From positions 800,001 through 864,000 of the forward strand of contig CBDCYI010000011.1 in assembly GCA_965224085.1 (NCBI GenBank): a stretch of 64,000 bases of DNA. Direction: 5' to 3'. Below the pieces are notes generated by a model, which saw only the letters and a program-made list of their open reading frames with translations, was not told the DNA's origin and searched no databases. Of this stretch, positions 11,750 through 21,584 are shown piece after piece. The DNA is from Candidatus Marinacidobacterales bacterium (GTDB lineage Bacteria; Acidobacteriota; Vicinamibacteria; Marinacidobacterales; SMYC01). How positions within the stretch are numbered: the first letter of the stretch is position 1; each line of letters starts with the position of its first letter. Made by a program: the position numbers and the translations under genes.

Positions 11750-13327
11750 ATGAAGCTTTCGGATCTCGTGACGGTCTCGCAGGCGATCGCCGCAACGAGA
11801 AGCTGGCTCGAAAAAGCGAGGCATCTCGCGGATCTCCTGAGGCGCGCGCAAGCGGACGAAGTGCCTCTCGTGGTGAGCTATCTCAGTAGCGGCATCCGTC
11901 AGGGACGTATCGGGATCGGCTACGCGACGCTCTCGACGCTCAGGAGTGTAGAGCCCGCGGAAACGTCTTCTCTCGAGCTCCTGCAACTCGACCACGCTTT
12001 TGACGAGCTCGAGGCGGTCTCCGGTGCGGGCTCGTCGCAGCAGCGCGCCGATCTTTTGAGCGATCTTTTCGAGAAAGGGACCGCCGGCGAACAGGATTTC
12101 ATCAGTCGGCTTTTGAGCGGCGAGCTGCGGCACGGCTCACTCGAAGGAATCATGATCGAAGGGCTAGCGAAAGCGGCGGAGCTTCCCGCGCTGGCCGTGC
12201 GCCGTGCGCTCATGATCTCGGGCGATCTTGGGGAAGTCGCCCGTGCCGCTCTCTCGGACGGCGAGGCGGGGCTCGAGCGTTTTCAAATCGAGCTCTTGCG
12301 GCCCGTGAAACCGATGCTCGCCCAGACGGCGGACGACGTCGAAGATGCGCTCGCGACCCTCGGAAGAGCGGCGCTCGAGATCAAGCTCGATGGCGCGCGC
12401 ATCCAAGTGCACCGATGCGGGGACGACGTGCGCGTCTTCACGCGCCGTCTCAACGACGTGACCCACGCGTGCCCGGAAGTGGTCGCGTCGATGCGCGCGC
12501 TTCCCACGGACAAGCTCATCCTTGACGGCGAGGTCATCGCTCTCAAGAACAACGGCCGGCCCTATCCTTTTCAAGTAACGATGCGCCGCTTCGGGTGCCG
12601 CCTCGACGTTGCCGCGATGCGTCGAGCGCTGCCGCTCACATCGTTCTTTTTCGATTGTTTGTATCTCGGCGACCATTCACTCTTGAACAAAACGGCTTCT
12701 GAGCGGTTCGCACTTTTGCGCGACGCCCTTCCGGAGGAGCTCGTCGTCTCTCGCATCGTGACCGACGATGCCGACGAGGCGGGCGCTTTCGCTTCGCGGG
12801 CGCTCGAAGCCGGCCATGAGGGAGTCATGGTCAAGTCCCTCGATGCGACGTACGAGGCGGGCGCGCGCGGCAAAGCATGGCTGAAAGTGAAGCCGGCCTT
12901 GACACTCGATCTCGTCGTGCTTGCGGCGGAATGGGGTAGCGGCCGGCGCAAAGGATGGCTTTCCAACCTGCATTTGGGTGCGCGCGATAGAGAGGATGGC
13001 GGCTTCGTCATGCTAGGCAAGACGTCCAAAGGGATGACGGACGCAATCCTCGCATGGCAGACCGAGCGTCTACAGGAGATTGCGACCGAGTGTTCTGAAT
13101 GGATCGTGCATGTTCGCCCCGAGCTCGTCGTCGAGATCACGTTCAACGATTTGCAGAAAAGCAAGACTTATCCCGGAGGTCTTGCGCTGCGCTTCGCTCG
13201 GCTCAAAGGCTATCGGGAAGAAAAAGGACCCGGGGACGCGGATACCATCGAGACCGTGCGCTCGATTTACCAAAAGCAAACCGGTGAGCTACCGGACGAG
13301 GGAGAAAAGCAGCTCCGTCTGCTTTGA
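11750..13327 (+). CDS. ATP-dependent DNA ligase (LigB-like)
   Basis: PMLAQ, EIKLDGARIQVH (KxDG), LDGEVI, EGVMVK, WLKVK and ALRFAR motifs. Confidence 0.95.
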   Translation: MKLSDLVTVSQAIAATRSWLEKARHLADLLRRAQADEVPLVVSYLSSGIRQGRIGIGYATLSTLRSVEPAETSSLELLQLDHAFDELEAVSGAGSSQQRADLLSDLFEKGTAGEQDFISRLLSGELRHGSLEGIMIEGLAKAAELPALAVRRALMISGDLGEVARAALSDGEAGLERFQIELLRPVKPMLAQTADDVEDALATLGRAALEIKLDGARIQVHRCGDDVRVFTRRLNDVTHACPEVVASMRALPTDKLILDGEVIALKNNGRPYPFQVTMRRFGCRLDVAAMRRALPLTSFFFDCLYLGDHSLLNKTASERFALLRDALPEELVVSRIVTDDADEAGAFASRALEAGHEGVMVKSLDATYEAGARGKAWLKVKPALTLDLVVLAAEWGSGRRKGWLSNLHLGARDREDGGFVMLGKTSKGMTDAILAWQTERLQEIATECSEWIVHVRPELVVEITFNDLQKSKTYPGGLALRFARLKGYREEKGPGDADTIETVRSIYQKQTGELPDEGEKQLRLL

Positions 13328-13329
13328 CG

Positions 13330-13929
13330 ATGAAAAAGCCTCCTGGCGCCATCTTGTTCGACCTCGACGGTGTCCTCGTCGACAGCTACGCGGTGTGGTT
13401 TCATTTGCTCAATCACGTGGCGCGTGTTCTCGACTATCCCGAGATCCGTCACGAGGTCTATGAATCCGGCTGGGGGCAGAGCACGACCGCCGATCGGGAC
13501 GCGTTCTTTCCGAACCACACCGTCTCCGAGGTCGAAGCCTTTTATGACGAGCACTACTTCGAGCACCTCGAGCATATGCGTGTCGCCCCCGAAGTGCCGG
13601 AGCTCTTCTCCCGCCTGAACGAGCTCGGCATCGTGAGCGCCGTGTGCACGAACACACAGGCCTCGCTCGCGAACGAGATCGTGCGGCGGGCGGGAGCGAC
13701 GCCTGAACACGTTGTCGGCGGCAACGACGTCGCGAAGCCGAAACCAGCGCCCGATATGCTCCTGCGCGCCTGCGAGCTTCTCGAGGTCGCGACCGGCGCG
13801 GCGTGGATGATCGGGGACTCCCGCTATGACCGTGACGCGGCGCAAGCGGCGAGTATCCACTTCGTGGGTGTTCGCTTCGAAGGGGACCAGCGCATCGAAG
13901 CACTCGGCGAGCTAGTCGATCTGCTCTGA
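13330..13929 (+). CDS. HAD-family hydrolase (phosphoglycolate phosphatase-like)
   Basis: FDLDGVLVDS, KPKPAPD and IGDSRYD motifs. Confidence 0.92.
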   Translation: MKKPPGAILFDLDGVLVDSYAVWFHLLNHVARVLDYPEIRHEVYESGWGQSTTADRDAFFPNHTVSEVEAFYDEHYFEHLEHMRVAPEVPELFSRLNELGIVSAVCTNTQASLANEIVRRAGATPEHVVGGNDVAKPKPAPDMLLRACELLEVATGAAWMIGDSRYDRDAAQAASIHFVGVRFEGDQRIEALGELVDLL

Positions 13930-13957
13930 GCTCGAGATCCTATAACATGCGCCGGTC

Positions 13958-15458
13958 GTGGAATCCGTTCAGATCTCGACGATCGATCTGGCGATCGTTA
14001 TCGTCTACCTCGTCGCGGTAACCGCGCTCGGTCTTTGGGAGAGCCGCGGTATTCGGTCGAGCAAGGATTTCTTTCTCGCAGGGCGATCGCTCCCTTGGTG
14101 GGCGGCTGGCATGTCCATGGTTGTTTCCGATATCGGATATCGGCGCCAAAGACATGGTCGGCCTCGCGGGCGATGCCTATCGCTTCGGCATCGTCATGAT
14201 GAACTTCGATTTCGTCGGCTGCACGTTGCCGCTTCTCATCGCTGCGTTTCTCTTCATCCCGTTTTTCTGGACCTCCGAGGTCTACACGATTCCTCAATAT
14301 CTAGGGCTCCGCTACAACCCGGCGGTGCGCACGTTCTTCGCCGTTATTTGGTCCTTTTTCATGGTCGGCACCATCGCGACGATCCTCGTGAGCGCCGCGG
14401 CGATGTTCGAAGGCCTTCTCGGCTGGTCGTTTTGGCTTTCGGTAGGCGTGACTTCTGTGCTCGTAGGGCTCTACACGGTCTCGGGCGGGCTTCGCGCCGT
14501 CGTTTACACGGACGTCATCTCGTGTGTCGTGCTCATCGCGGGTGCGGCACTCATGTGCTTCATGGGACTTCGCAAGATCGGCGGCATTGGCAATCTCGTC
14601 GAGAGCGTCTCCACCCAAACGTGGACGACGGACCATTTCGATTTACTGCCTTCGGCTGCGCATCCCGACTATCCATGGCCCGCTGTCGTTGTTGGCCTTG
14701 GCTTCGTGCTCGGCCCGGCCTATTGGATTGGAAATCAAGCGATCGTCCAGCGCACGCTAGGGACGAAAAGCGCCCGAGATGCCCGCGCGTCCTATGTTCT
14801 TTGTGCCGTCATCAAGCTCGTCTTCCCGGTGTTGCTCGTTCTGCCCGGGCTCCTCGCCATTGGCCTCTTCGCTCGAGAGCTCGGTCCGCCGACAGCAGAC
14901 TGGGATGCCAATCAAGTGCTTCCGATGGTCGTCGCGCGGCTCGTCCCGAAAGGCGCCCTCGGCATTCTCATGGGAGCCTTCGTCGCCGGTGTGATGGCGA
15001 ATCTCGACTCGTATATCAACTCTGCGAGCACGCTGCTCGTGACCGATATCTATCGGCCCTTCGTCAACCCGCGCGCCTCGGATAAACAGTGCCTCGCTCT
15101 CGGCCGCTATCTCGTCATAGCACTTCTCGCGGGCGGGGTGCTCCTGAGCTACGAGGTCAAGATGCGCTTCGCGTCAGTCTTCGAAGCTTTCCAAACGTTC
15201 CTGTCGTTTTTTCAAGGAGCTCTCTTCGCACTTCTTTTGTTCGGCATGTTGACGCGGCGCGCCACACCGGCGGGGGGAGTGGCGGGAATGGTCGTCGGCG
15301 TCGCGGCGGCGGCGGGGCTGAACGCCTCAGGCGTCCTCTTTTTATGGACCGCTTGGTGGTCCTTCGTCGCGGCGTCGATCGCGATCCTCGTCGTGAGCAC
15401 GTTCACGGAGAAAAAGCCCGAAGAAGAGCTTCGCGGGCTCGTGTGCTGGAGGCGATGA
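13958..15458 (+). pseudogene. Sodium:solute symporter (SSS) frameshifted by a 7-bp duplication
   Basis: DFFLAGRSLPWW N-terminus in one frame and the remainder (YTVSGGLRAVVYTD, NQAIVQR) in another; GATATCG is repeated at 14129-14142. Confidence 0.88.
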
Positions 15459-15631
15459 TGGAAAGCCTCGTCGTCATCCTCGCATTTTGCGCCACTCTCG
15501 CGCTCATCCTATCCCCTCCGCGAGGACTCGGCTTCGAAGACGAGGCACCCGTCGCGTGGTGGAGGAACGTGCGCGTCTGGGCGTCGTTCGTTGTCGTCGT
15601 CCAAATCGCCGTCTACGCCCTCTGGGGTTGA
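15455..15631 (+). CDS. Small two-helix membrane protein coupled to the SSS gene
   Basis: ATGA overlap with the SSS stop; MMESLVVILAF...WWRNVRVWASFVVVVQIAVYALWG. Confidence 0.65.
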   Translation: MMESLVVILAFCATLALILSPPRGLGFEDEAPVAWWRNVRVWASFVVVVQIAVYALWG

Positions 15632-15670
15632 GACGCGGGGCGATAGCCGGTATCCTCCCGTCTACCGCTC

Positions 15671-16774
15671 ATGCGTCTAAGCTTCTGTCTGCTGCTTCTC
15701 GCGGCGCCGGCCACGGCCCAAAACTACAAAGCGGAGCTCCTGGACGGGGCCCGGCTAGGGGATTACCACCGCGTCCACTACGCAACTTCCGTTGTCGCGG
15801 TGGATACGCGAGACAGCGAAGGACGCACGGCGCTTTTGCTCGCGTCGATCGAGGGACACACGCGGATCGTGGCTTTGCTGCTCGAAAAAGGCGCGAACCC
15901 GAACGTTAGGGATACGACGGGAAAAAGCGCGCTCGGCCACGCGCTTTACGCTCATCCCGAGGTGGCGAAAGTGCTGCTCGACGGCGGCGCCGATGCGAAT
16001 CAGCGCGACGGCGACGGGCGTCGGTTGCTGATGAACGCCGTTATCGGCGCTGACCCCGACACGGTGCGCTTGCTGCTCACAGGCGGCGCCGATCCCGGCA
16101 TTCGAAACAACGAAGGGCTGAGCGCGCTCGTGATTGCGGAAGAAGTGGGTGCGAGCGAGGTCGTGAATCTATTGCGAGCGGCGGGCGCGCGAAAGAGCCG
16201 TGAAGAGCAGCTCGATGCTGCGATCCGTGGTGGCGATGTCGCGAACGTGACAGCACTCCTCGAACAAGATGTCGACGTTGACCAGCTCGACACAATGGAC
16301 TACCAGACTCCGCTAATGACGGCGCTCGAGCAAGACAACCTCGAGATCGTGAAACTTCTTCTCGCGCATGATGCGGATCCCACCGTCGAAGGTACTGGCT
16401 TGCGCACCACGGGCCAAAACGCGCTCACACTCGCCGCGGCGCGCGCCAATGTCGAGGCGCTCACACATTTTGTCGAATCGCGGCTCCCGGGTGAAGCGTG
16501 GAACGACGCGGTGTTGACAAACTGCGCGAGCGTCGGGGTCGTCCGCATCAGCTTGGACGCCGGTGCGGACAAAAACGCGAAAGGAAATCGCGACCGCACG
16601 GTGCTCATGTGTGCCGCCGAAGCAGGAGCGAGCGGAGTCGTGTCGTTGCTTCTATCGGCGGGCGCCGACCCCAACGCGGTCTCCAAGGATGGCTGGACGG
16701 CTATCGAGCGCGCCGCGCTTCACGGTCACGCCGACGTGGTAACGGCGCTCGAAGGCGCTGGCGCGACGCGCTAG
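15671..16774 (+). CDS. Secreted ankyrin-repeat protein
   Basis: Signal peptide plus about nine G.T.L..A...G....V..LL..GA repeats. Confidence 0.92.
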   Translation: MRLSFCLLLLAAPATAQNYKAELLDGARLGDYHRVHYATSVVAVDTRDSEGRTALLLASIEGHTRIVALLLEKGANPNVRDTTGKSALGHALYAHPEVAKVLLDGGADANQRDGDGRRLLMNAVIGADPDTVRLLLTGGADPGIRNNEGLSALVIAEEVGASEVVNLLRAAGARKSREEQLDAAIRGGDVANVTALLEQDVDVDQLDTMDYQTPLMTALEQDNLEIVKLLLAHDADPTVEGTGLRTTGQNALTLAAARANVEALTHFVESRLPGEAWNDAVLTNCASVGVVRISLDAGADKNAKGNRDRTVLMCAAEAGASGVVSLLLSAGADPNAVSKDGWTAIERAALHGHADVVTALEGAGATR

Positions 16775-17277
16775 TTCTTAGGCCGCATCGACCAATGCTC
16801 TTCGGGACTTTCCAGCTGTGTGCCGTCGCCGAGCGCGGTCGTCTCGACGAAGCGTTCCCACGCGGGGACGGCCCACTCAGTATCGTTCTCCCAGTAGTAG
16901 AACGTCATGAGCAGCTGAAAAAGTCTGTTCGAGGCGATGAGCCATCGTCCGTGTGCCTCAGTGGCCTCGCCCGTCCGTTTGTCGGCCGAGGGATAGGCGT
17001 AGTCGGCCCACGCCAAACGACGTCCCGTTTCCTCGACGGTGTCGATTTTTGTACCAGCACCGGCTTCCGGCACGTGCTTGAGAAGGCGTTGGAGCAGGAC
17101 GTCGACGGGAACGTTCCGAGCCTGGGGCGGCAGGCGTGCGTAGGAGATCTCGACGCGGCAAGACTCGCTCGGATCCGTGAGGGTTAGGTGGCCCTGCGGG
17201 CTCCGCGTAACCGTCCAGCCGTCCGGACAAAGGAACTCGACGTTCCCGCGGTCCATGACGATGACTTTTTCACCCAT
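16771..17277 (-). CDS. Hypothetical protein (start uncertain; ORF is open to 17379)
   Basis: Open frame with protein-like composition (F..PDGW...); no family recognised. Confidence 0.55.
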   Translation of the reverse strand: MGEKVIVMDRGNVEFLCPDGWTVTRSPQGHLTLTDPSESCRVEISYARLPPQARNVPVDVLLQRLLKHVPEAGAGTKIDTVEETGRRLAWADYAYPSADKRTGEATEAHGRWLIASNRLFQLLMTFYYWENDTEWAVPAWERFVETTALGDGTQLESPEEHWSMRPKN

Positions 17278-17889
17278 TTGTCGCGAGCAGTCTACCACGG
17301 AGGTTTTCGTGCTCGTGGTCAGAGAAAAACGGAAGTAGGTTCCGTCCATAATAGAGACAGTCCCCGTCGCCCCATTCACAAATAGAAGTAGGAGTTGCTC
17401 CTTTGAACGACGCTTCGCGTGCGTTCTGGTTCAAGCCACCCCTCGAGCCTGGCGGCAACGAGGATACGCTCTTCGTGCCGCTGGCCGCCCGGACCGCGGT
17501 AGGTATGAGCCGGAGGACGCTCTTTGTCGAGTTCTACGATTCCATCCGTCTCTGGATAGAGGAGCACCGCAAGCCCGGCCTGGCGGTGGTTGCTCTCGGC
17601 GGGCGCAGAGTGTCTGGATCGAAAACCGCTCGATGTCCGCCCGAGCTGCCCCTATCACCGGAATCGTTGCCCTTCGTTAACGGGCTCAGCGTGGCTCCTC
17701 GCACGCGAAACCGCACGACATCGTGGCCGCTGCGAGCGATACACGACCCGGCTTGTAGCCGCGTAGCAAAGCCGAGCGATTTTGGGGCCGGCGAGGGTAT
17801 GGATGTCGAGTTAGCATGACGAGGAGGTGCGAGCAGATCCTGTGAAAGGATTCACAGGCCCCGGCCGTGTGGTCTGGTAGAGTAGCGTC

Positions 17890-18657
17890 ATGCGGCGCTC
17901 GAGCTCGGCGGTCGTCCTCTTCACGCTGACGCCGGAAGCGGAAGGGGTTAGAAAACCCCTCGGGCTCCACGGGTCGCAGCGTGCCACGGCTCTTTTTGCC
18001 ACACTGATCGAGCACGTCCAGACGGTGTGCACGGGTCTGAGCGGCGCCGATCTCCTCGTTGCCAGCGAGGCGCCGGTCGATCTCCCCGCGGGAGCTCAGT
18101 GGCTCCGTCAACGAGGGAGAGACTTCGGAGAATCGCTCAGGCTTGCGGTCGAGGAGGCGTTCGCGCGCGGCTACCGGCAGGTCGTCGTCATCGGGAACGA
18201 TGCGCCGGAGATCTGTCAGGATTACGTGAAAACCGCTCTCGACGAGCTCTCCCGAGGAGAACGGAAGGCCGCCGTCGGTCCGGCGACCGACGGAGGCTAC
18301 AACCTTATCGGCCTGACGGAGCCGTGCATCGCGGCCTTCGAAGCGATGCCCTGGGGCTCGGCCGAGGTTGCGCAACTGACCGTGGAGCGGCTTCGGGAAA
18401 GCGGCTTCGAAGTGGCGCATCTTCCGAAGCTCGAAGACATCGATAGCGCTCAGGAGCTCGTGCGCTTTTTGAACCGCATCTCCAGCCATGGACCGCGGGC
18501 CCGAGTAGCTCTGAAGAGGCTCGTTTCTCGGATTCGACAACTTTCCGCACCGGAACTTTGGACCATCGAAGAGGCTCATCACTCTCACAAGCGCCTCTCA
18601 CCCGCCGCCGCCCACCGGCTGCGCGCTCCGCCCCTGCCTTCCTGCACGACGCTCTAA
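17890..18657 (+). CDS. DUF2064 (TIGR04282-like) glycosyltransferase-like protein with a C-terminal RAPP motif
   Basis: QRGRDFGESL, VVVIGNDAP, VGPATDGGYNLIG, PW and DID motifs; tail ...HRLRAPPLPSCTTL. Confidence 0.85.
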   Translation: MRRSSSAVVLFTLTPEAEGVRKPLGLHGSQRATALFATLIEHVQTVCTGLSGADLLVASEAPVDLPAGAQWLRQRGRDFGESLRLAVEEAFARGYRQVVVIGNDAPEICQDYVKTALDELSRGERKAAVGPATDGGYNLIGLTEPCIAAFEAMPWGSAEVAQLTVERLRESGFEVAHLPKLEDIDSAQELVRFLNRISSHGPRARVALKRLVSRIRQLSAPELWTIEEAHHSHKRLSPAAAHRLRAPPLPSCTTL

Positions 18658-18701
18658 TCCTTCTGTTCGAGATCCGCGAAAGGCGGACCGGGAGTGTATC
18701 C

Positions 18702-19913
18702 ATGGAAAGGCCCATAGACTTGCAAAGACTAGCCATCATCGGCGCTGGCCCGATCGGAATCGAGGCCGCGCTCGCCGGGCGCGAGCTCGGATACGACGTT
18801 CGCGTCTATGAGCGTGGAACCGTCGGCGGGAACCTGCGGCGCTGGGGACGCGTGCGGCTCTTCTCTTCCTTCGAGCTCAATCACTCGGGGCGGGGTGCGC
18901 GTCTTCTCCAAGCCGAAGGTTTCAAGCTTCCCGAGGCCTCCGCGTATCTCACCGGGGAGGAGCACCTCGAGCGCTATCTCGAGCCTCTGTCGCGCACAGC
19001 CCCTCTGTCGGGATGCATCCACGAGAACACGCGCGTGGTCTCGGTCGGCCGCGAAGGCATCGGGAAGGGGGACCTCATCGGCGGTCCGCGGGAGCGGTAT
19101 CCGTTCCGGCTTCTCGTCGAAAGCGAGGCCGGCGACGAGGAGCTCGCGGAGGCAGACGTCCTTTTCGACTGTTCGGGAACGTACGGAAACCACAATTGGG
19201 TGGGAAACGGGAACGTACCGGCTCTCGGAGAGCGCGCGCTCGAGGAGCACATTGCCTACGAGCTCGAAGACGTCACCGGGACGGATCGCGCGAGATACGA
19301 GGCAAAGCGTGTTCTCCTCGTCGGCGACGGTCACTCGGCGAGCACGGCGCTCGACGGTTTGAGGGCCCTCCGCGAAACGACGGTCCACTGGGTCGTGCGA
19401 AAACAGAAGCCGCCCGCCGTCATCGCCGACGATCCGCTTCCCGAGCGCAAGAGGCTCTCCGAGCTCGCAGGTGAGCTCGCAGCGGGAGGCGACGCCCGGA
19501 TCCACTTCTATCCAGAGCACACCGTCGAGTCGGTACGGCGTGGGAGCTCCGCGTTCGAAGTCGAGCTTCGCTCGTCGCGGGCAACCAAGCTCGTGAGCGT
19601 GGACCGGATCCTTGCCCACGTCGGGTACCATCCGGACCGAAGCATCTATCGAGAGCTCCAAGTCCACGAGTGCTACGCCTCGCTGGCTCCGATGAAGCTT
19701 GCCGCAGCTCTTCTCGGCGAAAGCCCGGTCGACTGCTTGGCGCAGACGTCCAAAGGCGCCGAGGTTCTCAGAAATCCGGAACCGAATTTCTTCATTCTCG
19801 GGGCCAAGAGCTACGGCAAAGGCTCGAATTTCCTGATCCGCATCGGGCTCCGGCAGATCGCGGAAGTGTTCGGACTGCTGGCCGCCGAGAGGCGGAAGGA
19901 GCGAGCCTCGTGA
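18702..19913 (+). CDS. FAD/NAD(P)-dependent oxidoreductase (flavoprotein monooxygenase-like)
   Basis: IIGAGPIG, DCSGTY, VGDGHSA, GYHPD and LGAKSYGK motifs; SD GGGAG upstream of ATG 18702. Confidence 0.85.
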   Translation: MERPIDLQRLAIIGAGPIGIEAALAGRELGYDVRVYERGTVGGNLRRWGRVRLFSSFELNHSGRGARLLQAEGFKLPEASAYLTGEEHLERYLEPLSRTAPLSGCIHENTRVVSVGREGIGKGDLIGGPRERYPFRLLVESEAGDEELAEADVLFDCSGTYGNHNWVGNGNVPALGERALEEHIAYELEDVTGTDRARYEAKRVLLVGDGHSASTALDGLRALRETTVHWVVRKQKPPAVIADDPLPERKRLSELAGELAAGGDARIHFYPEHTVESVRRGSSAFEVELRSSRATKLVSVDRILAHVGYHPDRSIYRELQVHECYASLAPMKLAAALLGESPVDCLAQTSKGAEVLRNPEPNFFILGAKSYGKGSNFLIRIGLRQIAEVFGLLAAERRKERAS

Positions 19914-20800
19914 GCGCGAGCGCCCGGGTCGAGCTTCGCGCCCTCGACGATCTCTGGTTCCAAATCTCGGGAACGCTGTGCAATCTGACGTGCCACCACT
20001 GTTTCATCTCGTGTGGTCCGACGAACCATACGTTCGAGTTCCTCTCCCGTGAGGCCGTGCTCCTCGCACTCGAAGAGTCTCGGGAGCTCGGCGTCAAGGA
20101 GTATTACTTCACGGGGGGAGAGCCTTTCATACACCCGGACATGGTCGAGATTCTCGAGCGCACCCTGGAGCTCGGTCCGGCGACCGTGCTCACGAACGGG
20201 ACGTTGTTGAAACCGGAGGCCGCCGCCCGGCTGCAGCGGGCCGAGGCGCGATCGCCCTACAGCCTGGAGTTTCGGGTGAGCATCGACGGCTACTCGAGCG
20301 AGACGAACGATCCCATTCGCGGGGACGGGACGTTCGTGCGCGCGATGGCCGGTGTGCGGCTTCTTCTGCAGTACGGCTTCCTCCCGATCATCACCGTGGC
20401 GCAAACCTGGGACGACGATCGCAACGACGACGTCTTCGCGCGTTTCGTGAGCGTGCTGCGAGATGCAGGATACGAGCGCCCCCGAGTGAAGATCATTCCG
20501 ACCTTGCGGATCGGCGCCGAGGTCGAACGCAATCGCGGCTATCACCCGTCGGAGAAGGTGACCGTGGAGATGCTTGAGGACTTCGACGTCTCTCAGCTCA
20601 TCTGCACCCACTCGCGGATCGTGACCGAGAAGGGCGTCTACGTCTGCCCCATCCTCATCGACTCGCCGGAAGCCCGCATAGGAACGACCCTGTCCGAGTC
20701 GCTCGGCTCCTATCCGCTCGCGCATGGAGCCTGCTACACCTGCTATGTAGGCGGCGCCATTTGCAGCAATGTGAGCGCGGGAGGTGGCGATGCAGCCTGA
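19910..20800 (+). CDS. Radical SAM protein, ArsS-related
   Basis: GTLCNLTCHHCF (CxxxCxxC), FTGGEP, LTNG and a C-terminal Cys cluster (C...CP...CYTC...C); GTGA overlap with the upstream gene. Confidence 0.88.
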   Translation: MSASARVELRALDDLWFQISGTLCNLTCHHCFISCGPTNHTFEFLSREAVLLALEESRELGVKEYYFTGGEPFIHPDMVEILERTLELGPATVLTNGTLLKPEAAARLQRAEARSPYSLEFRVSIDGYSSETNDPIRGDGTFVRAMAGVRLLLQYGFLPIITVAQTWDDDRNDDVFARFVSVLRDAGYERPRVKIIPTLRIGAEVERNRGYHPSEKVTVEMLEDFDVSQLICTHSRIVTEKGVYVCPILIDSPEARIGTTLSESLGSYPLAHGACYTCYVGGAICSNVSAGGGDAA

Positions 20801-21584
20801 GCGCTTCGAGAGAATCGCCGCTCTCGGCGGCGTCTACAGCAACCATATCGCCCTCGAGGCCGCCATTGCCGACGCCCGCCGGCGCGACGTCGACGCCATC
20901 TTCTGTCTCGGGGATCTCGGCGCCTTCGGGCCACACCCCGACAAGACGTTTCCTTTGTTGCTCGAAGCGGGCGTACGGGTGATGCAGGGGAACTACGACA
21001 ACTCCATCGGGCGAGGACTCAACGACTGCCAGTGCGGGTACACCGACGCCCGCGACAACTTCTTCGCGAAGATTTCGTACGACTACACCTTCGACCGGAC
21101 TTCGGACCGATGGAAGTCGTGGCTGCGATCCCTCCCGGAGTCGATCCGCATCGAGCTCGGCGGCTACCGGGTGCTCATGAGCCACGGCTCGCCTCGAAAG
21201 ATGAACGAGTTCCTCTGGGAGTCCACGACCCCGACGCATTTTCTCGAGAAGATGGTGGAGTCGCATCACGCCGACGTGGTGCTGGCCACGCATACCGGTC
21301 TTCACTGGAAGCGCGAGCTTCCCGGCGACCGGCACTTCGTCAACGTCGGTGTCGTAGGGCGGCCTGCCAACGATGGACGGACCAACGTCTGGTACACGAT
21401 TCTCGACGCCAGCAACGGCTTCGACGCCGAGTTCGTTCCCGTGGACTACGACCACGAGAGCCTGGCGCTTGAGATGAAGCAGGAGGGTCTCCCGGTGGAG
21501 TTCATCGATACGATCCGGCACGGATGGTGGACCACCTGCCTCGAGATTCTCCCGGCGAAAGAGCGAAAGAAAGGAAGCTTCTGA
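20790..21584 (+). CDS. Calcineurin-like metallophosphoesterase with a CxCGY insert
   Basis: GGVYSN, CLGDL, GNYD, HGSP, THTG and NVG motifs. Confidence 0.88.
   Translation: MQPERFERIAALGGVYSNHIALEAAIADARRRDVDAIFCLGDLGAFGPHPDKTFPLLLEAGVRVMQGNYDNSIGRGLNDCQCGYTDARDNFFAKISYDYTFDRTSDRWKSWLRSLPESIRIELGGYRVLMSHGSPRKMNEFLWESTTPTHFLEKMVESHHADVVLATHTGLHWKRELPGDRHFVNVGVVGRPANDGRTNVWYTILDASNGFDAEFVPVDYDHESLALEMKQEGLPVEFIDTIRHGWWTTCLEILPAKERKKGSF

Noticed and set aside
17376-17880. Short ORFs and an ADI.VFDPDT-like amidohydrolase trace
   Set aside because: Too short and frameshifted to assign; probably decayed sequence.
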